Source of the DNA: an uncultured virus (IMG/VR IMGVR_UViG_3300027708_000052)
Lineage: Duplodnaviria > Heunggongvirae > Uroviricota > Caudoviricetes
DNA: 64,000 nt
Strand: one strand, 5' to 3'
Virus record (IMG/VR): IMGVR_UViG_3300027708_000052
The notes under the pieces are model-generated. The model had not been told where the DNA came from, did not search any database, and saw nothing but the letters and a program-made list of their open reading frames with translations. The position numbers and the translations under genes were made by a program. Of the stretch, positions 9,522 through 18,928 are shown piece after piece (position 1 is the stretch's first letter; every line of letters begins with the position of its first letter).

Positions 9522-10109
9522 ATGAATAAAACTATATTCCTTGCATTGTTATTACCGTTTATTACATCTTGTACGGTATATACAGAAAAGCAATCAGAGG
9601 CATTATCTCAGAATGTTTACGCTACAAACGATTCTGTTAATAAGGGAAGAATTGATCTTGCGTATTATTACTCCGATCAAACTACTCGATTAGTAAAAAT
9701 ACCTAAACATCGTATACAGATTCAATCTGTATATGAAGCTGGTCAAGTTGTTAAAGGTACTAAAACAGCTGATAAGACAAGAGTGGTTCTTGTTCCTGAT
9801 CAGTATAAAGACGAAAAAGTAGTTGTTGTTGGGTCGAGTGATTATCAGGATCTTTTAAAAGACAAAACAGTCGTCGATCAACTTAAAAACGATAATAAAA
9901 ATATTTTAAAAGATAAAATATTAGTTGATAACGAGCTTAAAAAACAAGCTGAAATGAAAGATAAAATGGTTAATGATCTTAATAAACTACAAAAAGATCA
10001 TATTAAAGATCAATTTACTATTTTTAGAGATAATGTAATTATTGTTGTTCTTTTAATTATTATTGCTGGTTTACTCTATCTTCTTTTTAGAACAGGAGCT
10101 ATATTATAA
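9522..10109 (+). CDS. Putative unimolecular spanin (lipoprotein signal plus C-terminal TM segment)
   Basis: MNKTIFLALLLPFITSC lipobox-like signal, coiled-coil-like region, C-terminal VIIVVLLIIIAGLLYLLF; lies in the lysis cluster. Confidence 0.65.
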   Translation: MNKTIFLALLLPFITSCTVYTEKQSEALSQNVYATNDSVNKGRIDLAYYYSDQTTRLVKIPKHRIQIQSVYEAGQVVKGTKTADKTRVVLVPDQYKDEKVVVVGSSDYQDLLKDKTVVDQLKNDNKNILKDKILVDNELKKQAEMKDKMVNDLNKLQKDHIKDQFTIFRDNVIIVVLLIIIAGLLYLLFRTGAIL

Positions 10110-10255
10110 TGAAGAGTTTACCACCTCTTTCTTCGATAGAAAATACTATTAAAACAGATGTTATTAAGTCGGGTAACTGGCTTAAAATGCATCCTAAATT
10201 TACACTTATTTTAATTGGTTTTATTTTTGGTTTAATTATTGGCATAATATTGTAA
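10109..10255 (+). CDS. 48-aa tail-anchored membrane peptide (not in ORF track)
   Basis: TAATG overlap with the upstream stop; MKSLPPLSSIENTIKTDVIKSGNWLKMHPKFTLILIGFIFGLIIGIIL. Confidence 0.6.
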   Translation: MKSLPPLSSIENTIKTDVIKSGNWLKMHPKFTLILIGFIFGLIIGIIL

Positions 10256-10268
10256 TAAATATTATGTA

Positions 10269-10724
10269 ATGTGGGGAGCATTAGATACAATACTACGTTC
10301 TACAGTAGCTTTTCTTGAATACGGAAAAGCACCTCCAGGTACTTCAGATAAAATGAAAGAATCTCTTGAAAACGAGAATCATTTATCTTCTAAAAAGTTT
10401 TTTGTTATATTCACATCGTTTATTACTTTAATTGCTTTTTTCTTTATATGTGTCGGTATTTTGTTTTTGATGCCTAGAGACTCCATTTTTATTGGAGGCT
10501 ATGTAACAATATTTACAAAAACTATGGAAATATTTGCCGTAATTATAGCGACATATCTTGGTGTACAGGCTGCTGTTGATCTTCGTTATAATAGTTCATC
10601 AAACGTATCAATGAATACAGAAGTCTCTGATAGAACTTCTACTATCAACGAAAATATCGTAGAAAATTTAACAAAGAACGCTAAAGAACCTGACTATATT
10701 ATAGCAGAAATTAATAATATATGA
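10269..10724 (+). CDS. Putative holin, two TM segments
   Basis: SKKF-led hydrophobic helix plus a second helix ending YLGVQAAVD; overlaps the endolysin start (ATGA). Confidence 0.55.
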   Translation: MWGALDTILRSTVAFLEYGKAPPGTSDKMKESLENENHLSSKKFFVIFTSFITLIAFFFICVGILFLMPRDSIFIGGYVTIFTKTMEIFAVIIATYLGVQAAVDLRYNSSSNVSMNTEVSDRTSTINENIVENLTKNAKEPDYIIAEINNI

Positions 10725-11338
10725 AACGACCATCAGCACAAGCATTAAACCTTGTTTTAGAATATGAGGTAGGTGGCAGTAAAGATTATTATAACAAATA
10801 CTTATCACGCCCTACATGGCCCGGAGGACATAGCGGTTTAACTCTCGGTATAGGTATTGATTGTGGTTACTATACTCAAGATGAGCTTTCTAAATTATTT
10901 AGCTTTTTACCATCTAAACAACTTGATATAGTTAAAAACGCATCTGGTAAAATAGGAGAAAACGGAAGAGCGTATGTTCGCTCTGATACTGTAAAGAACG
11001 CTAATATAACAGTAACCTGGGAACAGGCAGTTGATATATTCAATTCTTTAACCTGGCCTAAATTTGCTAGACTTACAGAAAAAGCTTTTCCTTCAGTTGA
11101 TGAGCTTTGTGATAATGCTTACGGTGCTTTAGTTTCGTTAATTTTTAATAGAGGTACATCAATGATAGGAGATAGTCGCTTAGAAATGAGAAACATAAGA
11201 GTTTTAGTACCAAAGAAAGATTATAAAGGTATTGCTAATGAACTCAGAAAAATGAAAAGGATTTGGGAAGGAAAAGGACTAGACGGTTTAATAACTAGAA
11301 GAGAAGCTGAAGCTAAGCTTATTGAATCTTGCGCTTAG
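10721..11338 (+). CDS. Endolysin, lysozyme-like (pesticin-C/GH24-type)
   Basis: Catalytic-like EYEVGG, WPGGxSGLTLGIGIDCG, ALVSLIFNRG, GLITRREAEA C-terminus. Confidence 0.85.
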   Translation: MKRPSAQALNLVLEYEVGGSKDYYNKYLSRPTWPGGHSGLTLGIGIDCGYYTQDELSKLFSFLPSKQLDIVKNASGKIGENGRAYVRSDTVKNANITVTWEQAVDIFNSLTWPKFARLTEKAFPSVDELCDNAYGALVSLIFNRGTSMIGDSRLEMRNIRVLVPKKDYKGIANELRKMKRIWEGKGLDGLITRREAEAKLIESCA

Positions 11339-11481
11339 TCGTTGTAGAATAATTCTCGAATCATTAGCTTAAAATAAATGTATTCTCTTCGTATAAGAAG
11401 AGGAACAAGTATTGGTAACGACCTAATAATAAAATATGTCAACCAAAAACCGTATACAATTTTTCGTAATATATTAAACAT
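11335..11481 (-). CDS. Possible 48-aa hydrophobic peptide (not in ORF track)
   Basis: MFNILRKIVYGFWLTYFIIRSLPILVPLLIRREYIYFKLMIRELFYND; fills the gap and its stop overlaps the endolysin stop. Confidence 0.4.
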   Translation of the reverse strand: MFNILRKIVYGFWLTYFIIRSLPILVPLLIRREYIYFKLMIRELFYND

Positions 11482-11525
11482 CTGTGTTTAATTATATAAA
11501 ATCGCTTAAATATTCTATATAGTGT

Positions 11526-12107
11526 ATGAAAAAATTTGAAAGATTAATGAAAATGTATCTTACTGAATTCAATATTGAAGATAGTAATGATCCTGGATTT
11601 TATGATTATGTTGTTCTTTTACTTCAACAGTTAGTTGCTAGAGATTTAATCTCTCCTGAGATATTAGGAGATTTAAGAAAAACAGCAATGAAAATTGTTC
11701 ACGATAAAACATACAATTATTCAGATTTTGATAATCAACACAATGTTAACTGTACTATTGATTTTATTTTTAATTCATTTGAGCATGGTGAAACAGATAA
11801 TCAAAAGTTAACTGGTATGACTGTTGTTATTCAAAACAACATACCTGATAAAAATGGAGAAAAAAGTAAACCTTATAAAATTACTAATACATTTGAAGAA
11901 TCATCTGTAGATGATATTTGCAATCACATTGACGATTTAAAGAGCGGTAAGAATAATGAAGAAGAAATACCTGGTGAAACAGCTCCTGAAGCTGTTGGTG
12001 AAACTCCCTCAGCAATGCCTGGTGCCGTTCCTTCTGTCCCTACCGGTGAAGAAGTACCTGTGCCTCCGGCGGCAAGCACATCTCAATATTTAAAAGGTTT
12101 AAAGTAA
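11526..12107 (+). CDS. Hypothetical acidic protein with Pro/Glu-rich tail; possible internal head protein
   Basis: 193-aa ORF, TAAATA at 11507-11512, N-terminal FERLMKMYLTE. Confidence 0.6.
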   Translation: MKKFERLMKMYLTEFNIEDSNDPGFYDYVVLLLQQLVARDLISPEILGDLRKTAMKIVHDKTYNYSDFDNQHNVNCTIDFIFNSFEHGETDNQKLTGMTVVIQNNIPDKNGEKSKPYKITNTFEESSVDDICNHIDDLKSGKNNEEEIPGETAPEAVGETPSAMPGAVPSVPTGEEVPVPPAASTSQYLKGLK

Positions 12108-12108
12108 G

Positions 12109-12285
12109 TTACTCTATACAATCTTCGAAGTCTTCTGCTTCAAGATCGTTGACTTTTTCTTTAAGATATTCAATAGCATATTCTATATCTTTAATACTGC
12201 TAAATTGGTTTTCAAAAACCATAGCGATTATATCGTCTAAAGTATGTTCTATTATGGATTCAATTTCGTTCTTTTTAAGTGACAT
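12109..12285 (-). CDS. 58-aa acidic hypothetical protein (not in ORF track)
   Basis: MSLKKNEIESIIEHTLDDIIAMVFENQFSSIKDIEYAIEYLKEKVNDLEAEDFEDCIE; fills the gap downstream of 12305..12634. Confidence 0.6.
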   Translation of the reverse strand: MSLKKNEIESIIEHTLDDIIAMVFENQFSSIKDIEYAIEYLKEKVNDLEAEDFEDCIE

Positions 12286-12304
12286 AGGTCTATTGTTTAT
12301 CTAT

Positions 12305-12634
12305 TTATGGTAAAATGTTCAACTCTTTTTCTGTAAAAGATAAGTCTCCTGGAAAAATAGCATAAACAATTCTTGGAGCACCAAATGAAAATTCTAATAC
12401 AGGATCAGCGCAATTGTATTCATTTTCTTCAAAACACTTCATATATTCTTTTATTAAACTGAAAACTACTCTAATAAGATTCTTTTGTGTGTTGATAGGA
12501 AATATTATTATTGTTTCCCAAAAAGGTTCTGGTAATAGAGGAAACCCTTTTTTAAAATAAGTTGTGATAGCTTTTGTTGCATTCAACAGTATACATCTAT
12601 CTTTAAGTTCTTCATTTAATTCAAAAGCTGTCAT
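12305..12634 (-). CDS. Hypothetical protein
   Basis: 109-aa ORF. Confidence 0.55.
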   Translation of the reverse strand: MTAFELNEELKDRCILLNATKAITTYFKKGFPLLPEPFWETIIIFPINTQKNLIRVVFSLIKEYMKCFEENEYNCADPVLEFSFGAPRIVYAIFPGDLSFTEKELNILP

Positions 12635-12695
12635 ATAACAAGTAATATAAAGACTTAATAAAATTAAAGCAACTGTTTTGAATAAATATTAATAG

Positions 12696-13490
12696 ATGAG
12701 TAAAAAAAAGCGTACTGCGAAAGCAGCTACTGTTAAGGCCGAAGAAAGTAAAACACTTACAGAGGATACATCACCCAGAGTACCACAAAGAGATAAACTT
12801 CCATATAGTTTAAATATAAAAGGACTTGACTGGACTGAAAAACAAAAAGCATTTATTGAACTAGCTACTCATAAAGATACAAGAGCTGTTTTTTTAAGCG
12901 GTCCGGCTGGTACATCAAAGACAGCTCTTGCTGTGTATTGTGCTTTGACATTAATGAATTTAAAGAAAGCAAGTGAGCTTATCTACGTACGTTCAATTGT
13001 TGAGAGTGCTTCTCATACTCTTGGTTCATTACCTGGCGAAGCTCATGATAAATTTAAACCTTTTGCAATGCCTTTAGTAGATAAGCTTGAAGAATTTCTC
13101 TGCAGTGGAGATATTAAAAAGTTGTTTATCGATGAGCGTATTAAGCCAATTCCTGTTAACTATCTAAGAGGAGCTTCGTATAACGCTAATTGTGTTATTG
13201 TAGATGAAGCTCAGAACTTGAACAATAAGGAACTTGTTACTGCTATTACTCGTATCGGTAAATTTAGTAAGTTTTTTATTCTTGGAGATCCAATGCAAAC
13301 AGATCTTAAGCATAGTGAACAATCTGGATTTAAACCAATGTTTGATATTTTCAATGACGAGGATTCTCAGAAGCAAGGTATCTTCTGTGTTCAATTCGGT
13401 AAAGAAGACATTATGAGATCTGAACTTCTTAAATTTATTGTTGAGAAGATAGAAAATTATCAAGAACAGCAAAAACTTAACAAACATTAA
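12696..13490 (+). CDS. phoH: PhoH-family ATPase
   Basis: GPAGTSKT Walker A variant, LGSLPG, YLRGAS, IVDEAQN, TRIG, GDPMQTD, DIMRS motifs. Confidence 0.92.
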   Translation: MSKKKRTAKAATVKAEESKTLTEDTSPRVPQRDKLPYSLNIKGLDWTEKQKAFIELATHKDTRAVFLSGPAGTSKTALAVYCALTLMNLKKASELIYVRSIVESASHTLGSLPGEAHDKFKPFAMPLVDKLEEFLCSGDIKKLFIDERIKPIPVNYLRGASYNANCVIVDEAQNLNNKELVTAITRIGKFSKFFILGDPMQTDLKHSEQSGFKPMFDIFNDEDSQKQGIFCVQFGKEDIMRSELLKFIVEKIENYQEQQKLNKH

Positions 13491-13530
13491 TATATATTGT
13501 ATTTTTTTAAATCTATATTAAATTATAGAT

Positions 13531-13980
13531 ATGGACTTTACTAATGTACACGATTTATCTGGACAAGAACTTTTAGATTTTGTTGCAGTACTTTCTGCAA
13601 TGCCTGCTCATCCTTATGAGCAATTAAAGTATCAGTATTTTGATTCTGATTATCAGTTTCCTACTATTCACGATGTTGAATTACCGGAAGACTTTTGTAT
13701 TAAAGCATGTACACAGAGTCTTTCTTCAATTCATGAAGATATGAAATACACACATTTAGATCACTTTGACTATTTACACGAATGTCATTTACATCCTAAC
13801 TTAGGACACGGTTTTGCTGTCCTTTCAGGAGATCAATTTGTTGTAGATCACAATAAAGCTAAAAAATATATTGAGTTTCACGAGATATCGAACAGTGTAC
13901 CGGTAGAAACTTTGACACCAGAAAATAGTGTTGAAATAGCTCATAAACTAATTCATGCTTATACTCAAATTTATAGTTAA
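13531..13980 (+). CDS. Hypothetical His/Asp-rich protein
   Basis: 149-aa ORF containing HLDHFDYLHECHLHPNLGHG. Confidence 0.55.
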   Translation: MDFTNVHDLSGQELLDFVAVLSAMPAHPYEQLKYQYFDSDYQFPTIHDVELPEDFCIKACTQSLSSIHEDMKYTHLDHFDYLHECHLHPNLGHGFAVLSGDQFVVDHNKAKKYIEFHEISNSVPVETLTPENSVEIAHKLIHAYTQIYS

Positions 13981-15440
13981 ATCTTTTGTGAGAAGACATT
14001 ATTTTGAGTAATAGCTCTTGTACCAGCTAAAACAGACCCAATAGAACCGAAAAGACCTTGTAATACACCTGTTTGTTGACTTTTCTCAACATGTAGAGGG
14101 GCACTTGATTTACTGACACCAGCTACATTATTTCTTACATCAGCAGATGAATCTGCCGTACAATCAATATCTGGCACCCTAACTTCATGATTATGTCTTA
14201 AATCCGGTAAAGCGTGAATATGAGGAAAGTTATGTAATAAAATTGGCGCTGTTGTTACACCGGTTATTGTACCCGCTGCGATACCTCCATAATTACAGGG
14301 ACATGTACCGACTATGGATATTGTTGTACCTGGTATAATATAACCAGTTGGTAATATTTCATAAGGTATAACAGCTTTTGCTAAATTAATTATTTTTTCA
14401 CTTAATGATGTAATACCTCTTATACTCATTAGTTCTTGACCAAACAAAGGATCAGCAGCATTTTGTATAGTGTGACTTGTTTGATCTTTAATAAGTTGTG
14501 GTAAAGCCTGCATTGCAATACCACCATAGAAAGCAGGCCCGGTCATTGTATCACTAGGTGCACCAAACGTTGTTCTTTCATTTTTACCTGTCATCTGCAT
14601 ATGAACAACAGAAACACTTTCGGCGTGTAAATGACCACCAGAAACAATATTTCCAGTATTACTAATATTACCCTTAACAAATAAATGACCATCGGTTGGT
14701 GCTACCTCAATACTCTTTCCATTAATATTAACAACATCACCTTCAAGAACAAGTCTACCGGTTTTTGAACCAACTGTAACTTCAGGCCCTGTAATAGTAG
14801 TTATACCTCCGTGTATATTAACAGGGCCACCAGTTGTAATATCAATACCTTGGGCCCCTACAACTACAGAAAATTTATTACTACATTTAATAACATAATG
14901 ACCACCAGGTGTGGAAATAGGATTAATACCTTGAACGTGATTTGCTTTAGCCCCTACAGGAGAAACTGGCCCTGCTTTTTTAGTATCAACTTCAGAAGGA
15001 TCTAATAAACGAGAGTTTCTAATACCCTTATCTTTATCTACACGATAAGAAGGAGATGTATTCATTCCTAGACCTACTTCAAGTAAGTCACATCCTTGAA
15101 TAACTGTATATCTATTACCACAAGGCGGGGAAAGCAAATTTTCATTTTTTTTTCTTTCATCAGCCGTGCTTTTTGCAATCTGAGCAGCATTATCGTGTTT
15201 TTCTGAATCATCAGATGGATCCGTTATCATGTCACCGCTACCACAAGCTGAACAAGCCTGTTTTAATATACTGCTCACCTTAACAGGTGCAAGTGATGTT
15301 ATGAGTTGCCCAATAGCTGCTGAAGGTATTCGTATACCAAAATTACGTTGAAGCATACCGTTGACGGTATTAAAAGGTTTAGCAATAAATTTCGGTACTA
15401 CTGAACCTGAGCAAAATGGACATTGTATTTGTTTAGGCAT
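13977..15440 (-). CDS. Baseplate central-spike C-terminal part (gp5/gpV-like beta-helix with His-cluster tip) plus N-terminal Zn ribbon
   Basis: CPFC...CSAC; alternating beta-helix-like repeats (GIDITTGGPVNIHG...LVLEGDVVNING); HNFPHIH...HNHEV; directly downstream of the gp5-like OB-fold gene. Confidence 0.55.
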   Translation of the reverse strand: MPKQIQCPFCSGSVVPKFIAKPFNTVNGMLQRNFGIRIPSAAIGQLITSLAPVKVSSILKQACSACGSGDMITDPSDDSEKHDNAAQIAKSTADERKKNENLLSPPCGNRYTVIQGCDLLEVGLGMNTSPSYRVDKDKGIRNSRLLDPSEVDTKKAGPVSPVGAKANHVQGINPISTPGGHYVIKCSNKFSVVVGAQGIDITTGGPVNIHGGITTITGPEVTVGSKTGRLVLEGDVVNINGKSIEVAPTDGHLFVKGNISNTGNIVSGGHLHAESVSVVHMQMTGKNERTTFGAPSDTMTGPAFYGGIAMQALPQLIKDQTSHTIQNAADPLFGQELMSIRGITSLSEKIINLAKAVIPYEILPTGYIIPGTTISIVGTCPCNYGGIAAGTITGVTTAPILLHNFPHIHALPDLRHNHEVRVPDIDCTADSSADVRNNVAGVSKSSAPLHVEKSQQTGVLQGLFGSIGSVLAGTRAITQNNVFSQKI

Positions 15441-15471
15441 ATACTATTTTACTTATATTTGTATTAAACAA

Positions 15472-17181
15472 TTAGCTACTTTGAGCTAAAGCGGTATGAA
15501 TTTGATTGTTAATTTCGTCAATTCTTTTTACAGCATCAACAGCAGGCTGAGATATATTACCAATTTTTACATATACATCACCGGAAATAGTTTGACTATA
15601 GTCACCCTGTACTGTTTTTTCTTCAAATCCTAATGTAGTTTGAAATCTATCTCCTTCTACATGATCTCTACGATCAAACTTTGAGAATATTTGATGGTAA
15701 CCTTCAGCTATATGCATATTAGATCCATCGTGACCGAATACCATAAAACTCTTTTGACTTTGAGATTGATCAGAAGGAGAATCTGTATTAGACCAATGTA
15801 TACCGCCAGCACTGTTTAAATTCATAACACCTCCCTGAGACGTTGTACCGTTAGCACTAGGGGTAGTAGACATACCTGTTCCTGGTGAACTATTCTTATA
15901 TGCTGATTTCCATTCTGAAGCTCCGTAGTTAGCAGCAAAATAAACAGGAAATAAAGGATTACCATCTATAAAGAATACCCAAAGCAAAGCTCCAGGAGCC
16001 GGGTAACTAAAAACACCTTTAGCGGTATTATTAAGTGAGTATGTAGCAACCGGTCCATGTGGATCAGTTTTATTAACCATTGCTGGTGACGACACTGCTT
16101 TACTACCGCTTGTAATTTGAGATGAACTACTTCCAGGTGCTGCTGCTCCGTCTTTAATACCACGGGGTATACCAAACCAGGTACCTTTGTGAGCAAGCAT
16201 AGCTTGATTTACCTGTTGTTGAAATGTCGGGTCTTTTGGATCTAAAGCATCTAATTTTGCTTTCGTTGCTGCAAACCTACCCGTAGAAAATAAATATACC
16301 ATTGCTTGAGTTTGATCGGCAGCTGAAAATGCTCCCTTACCTCCATCATTAGTTAATGCTCTTCTCCAATAGTTAGCAGTTTGAGCATCTTGACCTAAAC
16401 CCAAGCAATATTTTTCAACAGTACCTCCTTCTGTAGCATCATTGTTCTGATAAAATCCGTAATCTCCGTATGATTTTTGAGCTTGTTCAGGTGACATTCC
16501 TTTCTTAACACCGGCTCTAACATTAGCATTATTATTAACTTGATTATACTGATCTTTATTAGCTTCTTTAGAATCAAACCCTGTTTCACCTTCACCAATA
16601 ATAGCTAATCCGGCTGCTAACCCCGGTGATATAGCTGTATTAGCTTGAACAGTAGCTGCAGCTGGTGGTACAGTAGGGTTAGCTACATTACCATAACTAG
16701 GGTGTTCAGGATCAGTTTTTACTGCGGTACTACTTTGATGTGTATTAGCAGAAGCTACTGTTCCACTAACACTTGTTGTTTCTTTAGGTGTTGTAGAGGA
16801 AGTACTAGTGGAAGGTGATGATACAGGTGACTGATTAAAAAACTGTTTTACACCAGATACAATACCAGAAATTATACCACCAGAAGAAGATTGTGAATTA
16901 CCGGCTCCAGACGTAGTAAGTGTACCAGGAGAAGAAGAACCCATAATAGGAGAAGCTGATTCTGCCCAGGGAAGAATTTTACTTAAATCGTTAATAACAT
17001 CAGAGCTCAATCCATCTTGCATGTTATCACCAAGTGCTTTAATTCTTATATTTTTAAGGTCAGTGTTCCATTGTTTAATTGTTGGCATTATTTGCGGTAC
17101 AAACACTTGTACACGGCCTCGTTGTTGAGGGTCAGCATTACTAATACACAATCCTAAATAATTTCCGTAATACTTCTTCAT
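15472..17181 (-). CDS. gp5/VgrG-like baseplate hub N-terminal OB-fold protein with inserted muramidase-like domain
   Basis: YLGLCISNADPQQRGRVQVFVP...LPWA and P-x-PGA-x-LWVFF-x-DGNP-x-FPVYF OB-fold motifs; GHDGS...VEGD...VQGD..ISGD beta-helix start. Confidence 0.75.
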   Translation of the reverse strand: MKKYYGNYLGLCISNADPQQRGRVQVFVPQIMPTIKQWNTDLKNIRIKALGDNMQDGLSSDVINDLSKILPWAESASPIMGSSSPGTLTTSGAGNSQSSSGGIISGIVSGVKQFFNQSPVSSPSTSTSSTTPKETTSVSGTVASANTHQSSTAVKTDPEHPSYGNVANPTVPPAAATVQANTAISPGLAAGLAIIGEGETGFDSKEANKDQYNQVNNNANVRAGVKKGMSPEQAQKSYGDYGFYQNNDATEGGTVEKYCLGLGQDAQTANYWRRALTNDGGKGAFSAADQTQAMVYLFSTGRFAATKAKLDALDPKDPTFQQQVNQAMLAHKGTWFGIPRGIKDGAAAPGSSSSQITSGSKAVSSPAMVNKTDPHGPVATYSLNNTAKGVFSYPAPGALLWVFFIDGNPLFPVYFAANYGASEWKSAYKNSSPGTGMSTTPSANGTTSQGGVMNLNSAGGIHWSNTDSPSDQSQSQKSFMVFGHDGSNMHIAEGYHQIFSKFDRRDHVEGDRFQTTLGFEEKTVQGDYSQTISGDVYVKIGNISQPAVDAVKRIDEINNQIHTALAQSS

Positions 17182-17213
17182 TATTATAATTTATTACTGT
17201 TATAATTAAACTG

Positions 17214-18458
17214 CTAGATAATAGGTGGTGGTGGTGATTGAGGTTGAGGTACACCATGGGTAACTGATAAACCAGGGTTAGTAGGATCAACAGTTAATGA
17301 TGGAGGATGATTTTTATTAGTATCAGGAGCACCACCAGCTACATTAAGAATAGATGTTAATATACCTAATTGACTCTTAGGTACACTAGAAGCAATATTA
17401 TTAATAATAGATTCAGAATTTTTTGCTAAAGCATCATGTAAACCAAACCCTTGATTACCGGAAAATCCTAAACCTGAAGCTGTACTAGATTTACCTAAAA
17501 TACTAGTAACTTGTGGAACTAATTTATTAAGAATAGATGTAGGTATTTTAGGGGAGTGACCTCCTCCAGCTGGAGGATGAGAGGCATATTGTACAGCGGT
17601 TTTAAGTGGGTTTTGTAAAGCACTAGTTAAAGATCCTGATGAATTTTGTAACTGTCCTAAAAGTTTATTTGTAGATAACACACCTGTTGTTTTCTCTGCT
17701 ATACTACTAAATTTACTAACTTGTCCTTGTAATTGCCCTACAATCATTTGAGAAATTCCAGATGGAACAAATCCATCAAGTAGACCGGTAATTTGACTAG
17801 CAATACCAGTTTGTAGTTTTTGTATTATTGCTTTTTGTGCATCTCCTATTTGAGCCATTGCTTTTGTTAATTGAGAAGCTCCAGAGTAAATATCAGCTTG
17901 TAGAGAATGAGGTAAACTTGCTTTAGAATCTCCAGCTGTAGCTAAACTTTTAGAGCTACCATGAACTTGATCTGGTAGATGCTGTTGATTATCTAATTTT
18001 AACTTTTTAAAAGCTGAATCAATGGTAGCTTCAAACCCTGGAGCTATTTTTTGTACGGCATTAGACATTGCCGAGGTAAGTAATTTTGTTGGACCGGTAT
18101 GATCTTTTTGTATATTGTTTAACGCTCCTATTGAACCACCAACATGTGTAGAAATAGGTTTCATAGCCTCTAATAAATCACCACCACCACCATTTGTTTT
18201 AGCGTTAGATAATTCTTGTGAAAAAAGAGTTTGTAATAAATTTCTACTATAAGAATCTAAACTCGTCATCGGTTGAGTAGAACTAGATGAAGAATTATTA
18301 GCAGGTAAATTTAAAAGTTTTCGAGCATAGGCTCCTAAATCTTTATTTTTTCTATCTAAAGTAGCAAGTTTTGCCTCAGTAGCTGCAGCAGCAGTTTTTG
18401 AGTCATTATAGATATATGTCGGTCCTACACCAGATGTCAATTTTCCTGTATCAGCCAT
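17214..18458 (-). CDS. Ala/Ser/Gly-rich helical protein, probably baseplate-hub associated
   Basis: Low-complexity amphipathic composition; directly upstream of the gp5-like gene. Confidence 0.45.
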   Translation of the reverse strand: MADTGKLTSGVGPTYIYNDSKTAAAATEAKLATLDRKNKDLGAYARKLLNLPANNSSSSSTQPMTSLDSYSRNLLQTLFSQELSNAKTNGGGGDLLEAMKPISTHVGGSIGALNNIQKDHTGPTKLLTSAMSNAVQKIAPGFEATIDSAFKKLKLDNQQHLPDQVHGSSKSLATAGDSKASLPHSLQADIYSGASQLTKAMAQIGDAQKAIIQKLQTGIASQITGLLDGFVPSGISQMIVGQLQGQVSKFSSIAEKTTGVLSTNKLLGQLQNSSGSLTSALQNPLKTAVQYASHPPAGGGHSPKIPTSILNKLVPQVTSILGKSSTASGLGFSGNQGFGLHDALAKNSESIINNIASSVPKSQLGILTSILNVAGGAPDTNKNHPPSLTVDPTNPGLSVTHGVPQPQSPPPPII

Positions 18459-18555
18459 TTAATAATATTTAGCTCTAAAAACTAAAAATAACAAGTTTAT
18501 CGTGTAAATTAAATAAACTAAGGAGACGCTTGTTATAGTACCGCGAATCAATACG

Positions 18556-18921
18556 CTAGCCTTTATAGGCAATAACAGAACCACTAGCTAATTTAATAGC
18601 TGTAAAAACACCGTAAATACTAGCTCCTACATTTAGAGCAAATGTTGTTGGCGGGTCACCGTCCCAGTTTGTTGATGTAACTGAAACTGATGCATTAGAA
18701 AGAGCGGTAATTTGATTCCAAGCTCCGGCACTTAATGTTGTACCTGTAAAGAGTGTAGCACCATTTAAGGATTTATTAACACCTACATCATAAACAGCTT
18801 TAGCATATAACGGGCGAACGGTATTAGTAACTGGTAGCCAGGAAAAAGTTTCAGCTATCTGTGGGCTATAGGTAGCTGTAGGAGCAGGAGTCTGTGTTAA
18901 GAGCGGTGTTAGAGCGGGCAT
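18556..18921 (-). CDS. Small structural/decoration-like protein
   Basis: N-terminus paralogous to 19062..21155; C-terminus IYGVFTAIKLASGSVIAY. Confidence 0.5.
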   Translation of the reverse strand: MPALTPLLTQTPAPTATYSPQIAETFSWLPVTNTVRPLYAKAVYDVGVNKSLNGATLFTGTTLSAGAWNQITALSNASVSVTSTNWDGDPPTTFALNVGASIYGVFTAIKLASGSVIAYKG

Positions 18922-18928
18922 TGCAGTA

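Noticed and set aside
10099..10290. 63-aa minus-strand ORF in the lysis cluster
   Set aside because: The plus-strand coupled 48-aa membrane ORF (10109..10255) fits the operon better.
16020..16940. Intein or intron explanation for the in-frame inserts
   Set aside because: No C/S...HN splice-junction or LAGLIDADG/HNH motifs seen, and frames stay open with linker-like flanks.
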